From the IMG/VR virus record IMGVR_UViG_3300034157_000062: 33,703 bases of DNA. One strand, written 5' to 3'. Positions within the stretch are counted from its first letter, which is position 1, and each line of letters opens with the position of its first letter. Below the pieces are notes generated by a model. It was not told where the DNA came from. It ran no database searches and saw only the letters and a program-made list of their open reading frames with translations. Below are positions 26,461 through 33,703 of the stretch, one piece after another. The stretch is from an uncultured virus (IMG/VR IMGVR_UViG_3300034157_000062). Lineage: Duplodnaviria > Heunggongvirae > Uroviricota > Caudoviricetes. A program made the translations under genes and the position numbers.

Positions 26461-27126
26461 TTAGATATTTTCCATATCAGCGATAGTAAAGTGATCAACG
26501 GTCAGTTCACTTCGTGGTGTTTCTGTCAACTCTGACACTTTGGTAGTGTTTGTAGCATTACTGATACTTGATACGGAAACTGTTGAATCAGCCACCTTAT
26601 CCATACCAATGAATACTTTCATGTTGCCAAAGACTTCATAAAAGATATTGTCACTAAAATTCATTACAACGGTGTAATCTTTTTTTTCTAAGTCTAATGC
26701 TTGAATAATAGAACCCTTAGAACACAGTGATTCTAGTGTTTTATAAATACATTTAAAGATACAGGCCATGTAGACAACCAACGGCATCATCATATACACA
26801 GGGAATACATCTAACATCATTTTTACGGGGGCATAATAGTAACTGGACACAATGGTTCCAATAGTCACAACAGGGATTAAAGCGACCAAGTAAATGAAGC
26901 TGTTCATTTTAACTTTGTAACCTTCCTTAATCATTGTCTTTTTGAAGAATACGGTAGCAATCGTCATGGATGAAGCAATGCTTAATGATGAGAAAAAATT
27001 TGACCATTTAAACTCACCAAAGAAGATTTGTAGAAAAGGCAAGACAACACACATTACCACTAATGCGTTCATTGCTAATTTAAAATGATGGTCAGCCTTA
27101 TCAATATTCACATCAGTGGCATTCAT
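26461..27126 (-). CDS. 4-TM membrane protein with C-terminal MxxI motif
   Basis: AAGGAG RBS favours ATG at 27126 (MNATD); ends FTIADMENI. Confidence 0.75.
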   Translation of the reverse strand: MNATDVNIDKADHHFKLAMNALVVMCVVLPFLQIFFGEFKWSNFFSSLSIASSMTIATVFFKKTMIKEGYKVKMNSFIYLVALIPVVTIGTIVSSYYYAPVKMMLDVFPVYMMMPLVVYMACIFKCIYKTLESLCSKGSIIQALDLEKKDYTVVMNFSDNIFYEVFGNMKVFIGMDKVADSTVSVSSISNATNTTKVSELTETPRSELTVDHFTIADMENI

Positions 27127-27251
27127 TCGTCTTCTCCTTAATTTACGCAATTATATCATAATACTCAAAACGTATCAATGAATATCTTACTTAAAAATAT
27201 ATTGATATATTTTTTTATTTATTGTATAATCTTAGCTCTTGGAGATTTATT

Positions 27252-28052
27252 ATGACTATGATTAAAGAATTTATATTAAAGTATGATAAAAAAATAGTGA
27301 TGACTATTTTTATGCTTTTGCCAACAGTAATAATTAGCTTAATGTTGATCCCTATGTTTGTTGATAATTACACTTTCAATAATTATATCAATGGAAAAAC
27401 ATCCCATTATATTGACATTATGGAAGCTTTAAAATATATGATGATGGTTGCCTTCATTTATATGGTTTTAATAGTCATCTATAACATGCTTAGGCGAGAC
27501 GTGATTGATATAAACCAAATAAAAGCAAACTCTTATTTTAGCATAACCCCTTTATTGTTAAGTTTTATTATTCTTGGAGTTTTTTCGATTCCACTTTATA
27601 TAGCTAGCAACAACTATGAATCCCGTAATATAGAATTTATAGAAAATAAATTGATAGATGTTAAAAATAGTATTAATAATGGCACATGTGTTGTCGCTAA
27701 TGAAGTAAAAGAAACATCAGTTGAAGTTTCTAATTGTAGCACGATTACCAATAAAATGCCGGGAACTTTATATTACAATAAAGGTGGACCATTTAATAGC
27801 GTTAGTATAACAGTCGATGGCAGTAAACCGCCTACTTATTCAAGTGGAATAAATGAACCTGAAATCGTCTATCGTGGATACTTGGGTGCTTTTTGTAGAG
27901 CATTAAAAAATCCCGACAACAGATTACACTCAGAGTTTCAAGAAATAAAGGCTCTCGGAGAAAAACCATTGACTGATGATTTTAAAACTCGTTGGTGTGA
28001 AGAATATAAAGGTAGGTCACAAATAGCTTTCATATTGAAAAAAAATGAATAA
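27252..28052 (+). CDS. 3-TM membrane protein, paralog of 11112 and 17049
   Basis: GGAG RBS before ATG 27252; KLIDVKNSI, KMPG, GYL..FCR.L, CEEYK shared with 11112. Confidence 0.8.
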   Translation: MTMIKEFILKYDKKIVMTIFMLLPTVIISLMLIPMFVDNYTFNNYINGKTSHYIDIMEALKYMMMVAFIYMVLIVIYNMLRRDVIDINQIKANSYFSITPLLLSFIILGVFSIPLYIASNNYESRNIEFIENKLIDVKNSINNGTCVVANEVKETSVEVSNCSTITNKMPGTLYYNKGGPFNSVSITVDGSKPPTYSSGINEPEIVYRGYLGAFCRALKNPDNRLHSEFQEIKALGEKPLTDDFKTRWCEEYKGRSQIAFILKKNE

Positions 28053-28071
28053 CGTTAGTTTTTTGTAATAG

Positions 28072-28100
28072 AAAAAAGAGAACTCAAAGTTCTCTTTTTT
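28072..28100 (+). terminator. Rho-independent terminator (AAGAGAAC type)
   Basis: AAAAAAGAGAACT-CAA-AGTTCTCTTTTTT. Confidence 0.8.
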
Positions 28101-28164
28101 ATTGGCATTGATTTGACATCGAATCAATTTATTATAACATATTCCCATATTTAAGGATTATTTA

Positions 28165-28746
28165 ATGAAAAAAATAGCAGTGTTACTAGCCGCATTAGCA
28201 ACAACGTCAGTGATGGCAGGGGAAACCAAAGATGTGACCAATGCTTTTGGTTATAAGTTACGGTATTCGCAAGAAGATGCTAAGGAACCTTTCAAGAAAA
28301 TAGAAGTCACTCCTGAGAAAGATCGACAGTTCTTCATGTTTACTGAATATCACCTGTCAGTAACCCCTAAAACTAAGAAGATTTACTCGATCAATGCGTC
28401 TGGTAAGGTATTGACCTCATGTGAAGAAGATGTGGCTTTAATTGATAAGTTTTTGAATAAAAAATATGACTTTTACAAGGTAGATATTGTTACGGATAAA
28501 AGCAAAGAAATTAAGTTGAAAGGTGATATTATTAAAGATAAAGATATTGCTTATATCTATGACCTGTTAACAACCAGAGTCTACCTTACGTGTGATAGAG
28601 AGCAAAATAATATCTCTATTTCTTATGTCGATAATGAGTTGGCGATTAAGTCCCGAGAAGAGTATAAAGAACTTTTTGAGAAAAACATCAATTTAAAGAT
28701 GAATGAACTTGAAAAAGAAGAGAAGATAAATATAAAAGGGCTTTAA
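28165..28746 (+). CDS. Exported hypothetical protein
   Basis: Sec signal MKKIAVLLAALATTSVMA|GE. Confidence 0.75.
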   Translation: MKKIAVLLAALATTSVMAGETKDVTNAFGYKLRYSQEDAKEPFKKIEVTPEKDRQFFMFTEYHLSVTPKTKKIYSINASGKVLTSCEEDVALIDKFLNKKYDFYKVDIVTDKSKEIKLKGDIIKDKDIAYIYDLLTTRVYLTCDREQNNISISYVDNELAIKSREEYKELFEKNINLKMNELEKEEKINIKGL

Positions 28747-28756
28747 AAGCCCTTTA

Positions 28757-29206
28757 TTAATAGAATTTTTCGATAGTTCTCAATTCAAAATCTATGGTGT
28801 CTATTAAATAACCAGAACATTTTAAATATTCAATGATACCGTTTTCTTTATTAAATTCATTCATGAGATAGCGAGAATTTCCATTCATTTCACGACGACC
28901 ATTCCATGAAAAGAATATATCAAAACCTTGATGTACATCATTGTAATACTGAACAAATAAACCATGTTTACGATTTTTCTTTCGTAGTCTTTTCTGAGGA
29001 AGCGTATTACTTATTGAAAATTTTAATGATTTTATATTATAAAAATTAGTCTCCATTAACGTTAATAAAATAGACTCCATTGATTTTAATAAACGTTCTT
29101 TTTCATACTCGCCTACATCACCTTCTGTTTCAAAATGAAAATCTAGAACACAATTGGTTTCTTTCATGGTTATTTTTATATTTTTCAACGTATTATCCTT
29201 TTGCAA
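28757..29206 (-). CDS. Hypothetical protein
   Basis: 149 aa ORF downstream of the phosphatase; start uncertain. Confidence 0.65.
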   Translation of the reverse strand: MQKDNTLKNIKITMKETNCVLDFHFETEGDVGEYEKERLLKSMESILLTLMETNFYNIKSLKFSISNTLPQKRLRKKNRKHGLFVQYYNDVHQGFDIFFSWNGRREMNGNSRYLMNEFNKENGIIEYLKCSGYLIDTIDFELRTIEKFY

Positions 29207-29885
29207 AAACGCGGCCAGCCACTTTCAAGGTTTTAAGGTTTACTGCAGTCAGTGAACCACCTGAGTAATAGCCAGTATCTAGAAAGATTACGTTAGCGTG
29301 ACGTTCAGGATTTTTAAAGATGTGATGACCTACAAAGACGACATCAATGTTAGTGATTGGGTCAATTCTTTCACCTTTTTGAACAGCCTTCGAAGCCGTT
29401 CTACTCCAAATGATGTTACCTATCTCTATTTTGTTTTTATTTTTAATCGCCTTCAAGGTGTCTTTCCAATCAGACAATGGGTAAGCATGAACAAGCCCTA
29501 CTTTGCCCACTTGAATAGCGTATGGAAGCTCATTGAGTCTATTAATAATCGCTTGACGATGCTCTAAACTTTCATCAAAGAACCATTGATTGCCTTCTTT
29601 GTTAATGTCTTGATAACATTCGGTATAAGGTTTCAAACCATGCTTGATGAGGATATCTTCATGATTTCCACGAATAGTGAATAACCATTTGTTTTTTAAT
29701 AGTTCAAGTACTTTATTACTGTCTAATCCACGATCAGTGAGATCCCCTAAACAAAATAGGCGATCTTTTTCTTTATTAAAACCGATTTGGTCCAACAATG
29801 CATAAAGAGCCGTGTAGTTACCGTGTAAGTCACCTACACAGTAGTCATTTCCTTCTTTATTCTCTTTATAAATTTCATATAACAT
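29193..29885 (-). CDS. Ser/Thr protein phosphatase / metallophosphoesterase (lambda NinI/PphA-like)
   Basis: GDLHG, GDLTDRG, RGNHE, VHA, GH, DTG motifs. Confidence 0.9.
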   Translation of the reverse strand: MLYEIYKENKEGNDYCVGDLHGNYTALYALLDQIGFNKEKDRLFCLGDLTDRGLDSNKVLELLKNKWLFTIRGNHEDILIKHGLKPYTECYQDINKEGNQWFFDESLEHRQAIINRLNELPYAIQVGKVGLVHAYPLSDWKDTLKAIKNKNKIEIGNIIWSRTASKAVQKGERIDPITNIDVVFVGHHIFKNPERHANVIFLDTGYYSGGSLTAVNLKTLKVAGRVFAKG

Positions 29886-30011
29886 AGATAACTCCTTTAT
29901 TTTGCAAGTATATCATAACCAGACTTATTGATCAATAATTTATTGTTTAGTATTTTTGATTGACTATTTTTGTGATATAATTGAAAAAAACACAAGGTAT
30001 TCGTTAAAAAA

Positions 30012-31280
30012 ATGGAAAAGACAAACAATAACAATGAAGAAGTTATCTTAACTGGCTATCTCAGCGATATAAAGAAAGCATTCAACATTGAATACGGTAG
30101 AGAAGCAAACAGAAAAGATTCTGAAGTTATTGCTTCATCACTTTACAGTATCATCAACTCTTATTACTTTGAGGGACTATATCAATATTCAAAGATCGGT
30201 ACCGATCATGAAGATAATTACTACCTTAAAGTAATTCCAAGCAAGAATTTAGAAAAAGCCACAGTCAATGTTGATGGTGAAAATGTGCTTATTGCAGACT
30301 ACACTAAAAAAATTCTGGGTGAATCTAGACGCCGTATGCCATTGAATAGTGAATTACCTATTTCTGGTTTTACATCGGTTGTTGATTTAGGTATAGATCA
30401 GCCAGAAGAAAATGGGATGGATGAGATATTTATCACCAGTAATTTAGAAATACTTCCAGTGATTAATAGATTGAAAGAAATTAATCCAGACTTATACAAT
30501 GTTATCTTTGAAGAAAACGATCTCAAACAAAGCCTTATTGTTAAGTCAAAACACGACCTTACTTTTGATATTGTTTCATTTGACGACTTAGATAATTACT
30601 TAGCTAACACAGTAAAGATACAATCAACTAATGATCTATATAGCTCACTTAACAAGAACTATGACCTTCGTTATCTTGTTAAAGAATCAAAACCTAAAAA
30701 CACAAATGGATTTGCAGTGGTAGCACATAACAATTTAGAAATAGGTGGCATTGCTATTGTTGATGCCAGTATAGTCGTTGATAAAGCTATCTCACACTTA
30801 GGACAGTCAGCGAAAGATATAGCTGCCAAATTTTTGAAAGTATCCAGTGTGATGGTTAGCAATAATTACCGTGGACAAGGATTAGGAGTTTCTTTGTTTG
30901 AACAAGTGATTAATGAGGCAGCCAAGAAGGACTTTATTATTATTCGTTCAGAAGCCAGTGATTTGGGTCGCAACTTCTTGAAGAAAAATATCGATCTGTT
31001 GGCTGAAAGTAAACAAGTTCCTGTTATTAATGCAGAATGGATGAATACTATTACTCCATTGCTTTCTAAAATGTTTAATGGTCAATGGACGACTGGTAAA
31101 ACAATGTTAAATGAGCTGATTACTGATGTCAAAGCTTTTGATAAGCAAATCCATGAAAAGAAGATGAATGCTCGTTCTTCTAATGATTTCTTTGATATTG
31201 AAGATGAAGAAAAAGACTTCATGAATAACTTAGCTAAACGATTTGACAAAAAACCTATTAGTAAAGTTAAAATGAGATAA
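30012..31280 (+). CDS. Protein with C-terminal GNAT acetyltransferase domain
   Basis: V.VSNNYRGQGLG..L motif A; S..GRNF; basic tail. Confidence 0.75.
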   Translation: MEKTNNNNEEVILTGYLSDIKKAFNIEYGREANRKDSEVIASSLYSIINSYYFEGLYQYSKIGTDHEDNYYLKVIPSKNLEKATVNVDGENVLIADYTKKILGESRRRMPLNSELPISGFTSVVDLGIDQPEENGMDEIFITSNLEILPVINRLKEINPDLYNVIFEENDLKQSLIVKSKHDLTFDIVSFDDLDNYLANTVKIQSTNDLYSSLNKNYDLRYLVKESKPKNTNGFAVVAHNNLEIGGIAIVDASIVVDKAISHLGQSAKDIAAKFLKVSSVMVSNNYRGQGLGVSLFEQVINEAAKKDFIIIRSEASDLGRNFLKKNIDLLAESKQVPVINAEWMNTITPLLSKMFNGQWTTGKTMLNELITDVKAFDKQIHEKKMNARSSNDFFDIEDEEKDFMNNLAKRFDKKPISKVKMR

Positions 31281-31289
31281 TACAGAAAC

Positions 31290-31314
31290 AAAAAAAGCCC
31301 CGAAGGGCTTTTTT
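31290..31314. terminator. Bidirectional terminator
   Basis: A7-GCCC-CGAA-GGGC-T6 between convergent genes. Confidence 0.85.
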
Positions 31315-31315
31315 G

Positions 31316-31924
31316 TTATTCCAAGGTATTGAATAAGGTTTCATCATCACCGCACTTGGCTTTTAACCTATCAATCCAAGCTTGATTTTTGACTTTACAC
31401 CTGACAATCTTGTTTCTTACAACGGCCTTACCAATGACACCTTCAAATGTCACACCATCGAGAGTGCCCGTTTTAATCTTCTCTAACATTGTTCTGTTGA
31501 ACTTAGAGATAAGAAGAAATTCAGACATTTCTACTGACCCATCAAACGTCTTGATGTATTCCTTGGGTGGTAAGTAACCTATTCTACCAATGTGAGCGTC
31601 AATAAGAGAAACTTTAAATGTATCATTCTCATCATGGAAACCAGCAAAAGAATTAGGGCCATGAAACTCAAAAAACAACGTTCCATTTTCCCATTTATTC
31701 TTTTTAAAGATATCATGAACAGCTTTTTCATAACCCATAATCAACTCTTTCGACTGATTAAGAATACCTGAATCATCTGACATTAATTTCTTTCTTGTTC
31801 CAAATTTATCGAAGCCTTTTTTAAGCGAATATTCAACTCGAACGTTTGAACCATCTAATTTGTCAAAAATGTAGTAGTCAACGTCTTGAATAATGCCTTT
31901 ACCTATTGATGGATACTGTTGCAT
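31316..31924 (-). CDS. RNA ligase-like covalent nucleotidyltransferase (Rnl2-like catalytic domain)
   Basis: Motif I KLDGSN, EFHG, EGVI (motif IV), KVK (motif V). Confidence 0.75.
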   Translation of the reverse strand: MQQYPSIGKGIIQDVDYYIFDKLDGSNVRVEYSLKKGFDKFGTRKKLMSDDSGILNQSKELIMGYEKAVHDIFKKNKWENGTLFFEFHGPNSFAGFHDENDTFKVSLIDAHIGRIGYLPPKEYIKTFDGSVEMSEFLLISKFNRTMLEKIKTGTLDGVTFEGVIGKAVVRNKIVRCKVKNQAWIDRLKAKCGDDETLFNTLE

Positions 31925-31970
31925 ACATAAATCTCCAATAATGGCGACAATATTTATGCATAAAATATTA

Positions 31971-32060
31971 TCAGCCCAGTTTTTTCATCTGCTTAATTTT
32001 TTGCAGATATTTTTTAAGTGTTTGTTTAAATGCGTTCTTTTTACTTTTACTGACTTTCAT
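31971..32060 (-). CDS. 29 aa lysine-rich peptide
   Basis: AGGAGG RBS; MKVSKSKKNAFKQTLKKYLQKIKQMKKLG. Confidence 0.5.
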   Translation of the reverse strand: MKVSKSKKNAFKQTLKKYLQKIKQMKKLG

Positions 32061-32073
32061 GATGTGATACCTC

Positions 32074-32850
32074 CTAAATGGTAATCATTTTTACAATTGT
32101 TTTCATGCGTTCATATTCTTCATCATTGACTTCACTTGGGCGTTTAGTCGTATCAATCAACCCATATTCATCAATAATGTTCTTACTGTATGTTAAAAAT
32201 ACTTTTTTTAATTTATGTTTAAAGAAATCAGGGCGTACATTTTCAAAATCATACACCGATGTCCCAAAGATAAACTTACTTTCTTGAATTCTAAACTTAA
32301 CACGCTCTACCAACCCAGTCGCTTTTGATGTAATAGACAATGAGCAGTTAATCCTTTCTGACACAGACGTTTTTGATTTTACAAAGAGGACTGTTTTCAC
32401 TTTGACTTCAAAATGAAACTTGCCTGCTTGTTGTGTTACTTCAAAATCACCCTCTGTATGGTCATAATCTTTAATCGTTTCTGGTAAAATGTCACCTACT
32501 TCTTTAATAAACTTCTTAATGTAATCTAATGAGGCTTGATCATTATAATCAATATTAAATCCAGTTTTAATGAAGACTTCTTTTACCTTTCTGACATCGC
32601 CATTGATATTGATGACTGTATTTTGTTCACCTTTATCAGTGGATACCATTGTAAAATAATTTGAGAAATCGAATTTATAAACAACTCGACCTGTCTTAGA
32701 ATTTTTATTTTTAAAGGCAGGTACAAAATCTTTAACGACACCCACAAAATTAGAATGCATGACATCTTCAAGAATTTCTTGTGTGACATCAGCAGAAAGT
32801 TGACCAACGGTCATCTTTTTCAATAATGGTTTGGGAGTCAATTCAGTCAT
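32074..32850 (-). CDS. Hypothetical protein with C-terminal MxxI motif
   Basis: AAGGA RBS; ends KTIVKMITI. Confidence 0.8.
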   Translation of the reverse strand: MTELTPKPLLKKMTVGQLSADVTQEILEDVMHSNFVGVVKDFVPAFKNKNSKTGRVVYKFDFSNYFTMVSTDKGEQNTVININGDVRKVKEVFIKTGFNIDYNDQASLDYIKKFIKEVGDILPETIKDYDHTEGDFEVTQQAGKFHFEVKVKTVLFVKSKTSVSERINCSLSITSKATGLVERVKFRIQESKFIFGTSVYDFENVRPDFFKHKLKKVFLTYSKNIIDEYGLIDTTKRPSEVNDEEYERMKTIVKMITI

Positions 32851-33004
32851 TTCGTATCCTTGCTCTTAATTAGTTTACTATAATATCATAAGAAAGCACA
32901 AAAAACAATAGATTTTACAATATTTATCTGCTATTCCTTTTTAGTTCAATTGACTTTTTTTATACTGATTGTATGATGAACTATAACTTTTCAGGAGAAA
33001 AAAG

Positions 33005-33703
33005 ATGTTTAATAGAATTAAAATAATATCATTCTGGCTATTCCAGATGATTTTCCTATTTGTTGTGTTTTTTTACGTTTTTCAGATGAACTCGTTAAAA
33101 AATCAATACAACCAATATGTTACACAAGTAGCTGATGACCAGAACATGTTAGCATTATTGAGTGGTTATTTACCACCAGCTATGCTCTTTACTGCGGGTG
33201 TGTTTATCACGATTTCATTGATACTGACCATCATAAGTAACTATTCAATTACCAAAGGCTTTAAAAAGTTGGGGGTGTTATTGTTACTATGCAGCACATT
33301 CTTTGTGGCATTCTTATCTTATGCTGATTACAAAGATAGAATGTATGCTGAACAATCTAAAACTGAATTCATGAATATTTACAACCAAGTGTATACGATT
33401 TCAGAAGGCACAAACAAAAGTGTATTAGAAGCCACAAAAGAACACTATGATCGATATCTTTCTGGTCCTAATATCAATGAGAATAAGGTCAAGTTTCTCA
33501 CCTCATTTGAAACACTTTTAACTAAAATAGATAACATTAAAGCATTAAAAGATGGTCAATATGACACGTTTTCGAATGTATTAAAACTTCATTTGAAATA
33601 TGTAGTTCAGTATGAAAAACTATTAAACGCCATTCAGTTTTATATTGTTATCTGCCTAATCTTCTTAGCTATATTTAGAATACAATTTAGAACAAAAAAA
33701 TAA
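33005..33703 (+). CDS. Hypothetical membrane protein (about 4 TM)
   Basis: AGGAG RBS, upstream TTGACT/TATGAT promoter, hydrophobic segments. Confidence 0.75.
   Translation: MFNRIKIISFWLFQMIFLFVVFFYVFQMNSLKNQYNQYVTQVADDQNMLALLSGYLPPAMLFTAGVFITISLILTIISNYSITKGFKKLGVLLLLCSTFFVAFLSYADYKDRMYAEQSKTEFMNIYNQVYTISEGTNKSVLEATKEHYDRYLSGPNINENKVKFLTSFETLLTKIDNIKALKDGQYDTFSNVLKLHLKYVVQYEKLLNAIQFYIVICLIFLAIFRIQFRTKK

Noticed and set aside
2364..32807. Short overlapping ORFs of 61-107 aa in the track (e.g. 2364, 3777, 4477, 5912, 5929, 6038, 7525, 12080, 12791, 21192, 21587, 22118, 23746, 26341, 29080, 29298, 30671, 31082, 31389, 31893, 32078, 32583)
   Set aside because: Nested in or antisense to longer well-supported CDSs, with no recognisable motifs.
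1..33703. Alternative genetic code (stop-codon recoding)
   Set aside because: Standard code gives dense full-length ORFs; TAA, TAG and TGA all terminate genes, and no suppressor tRNA is seen.
1..33703. Definite assignment as phage, plasmid or prophage
   Set aside because: No capsid, terminase, rep, relaxase, integrase or transposase gene is in the window.

Overview
AT-rich, gene-dense segment of a large mobile element (jumbo phage or megaplasmid; no virion, replication or conjugation hallmark gene is in the window; the YiaD-like lipoprotein suggests a proteobacterial host). It holds about 45 mostly short CDSs, many with their own sigma70-type promoter. They include a MazG-like pyrophosphatase, three tandem OmpA-domain lipoproteins, a zinc-ribbon-repeat endonuclease, an orphan HipA-like kinase, three HAD phosphatases, a Nudix hydrolase, two DEDDh-like exonucleases, an ART-PolyVal/zincin polyvalent protein, a lambda-type phosphatase, GNATs, an RNA-ligase-like protein and several paralogous families. 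A tRNA operon (7400-9014) encodes only Ala, Arg and CAT tRNAs plus two aberrant tRNA-like RNAs. Top finding: a promoter, a 13-codon leader ORF whose core codons (ATA-AGA-GCC-AGA-GCG-ATA) are those read by the downstream tRNAs, and mutually exclusive hairpins ending in an intrinsic terminator. Together these look like a ribosome-stalling attenuator that controls a tRNA array. Second finding: ten otherwise diverse proteins share a C-terminal [KED]-M-x-x-[ILV]-stop motif.
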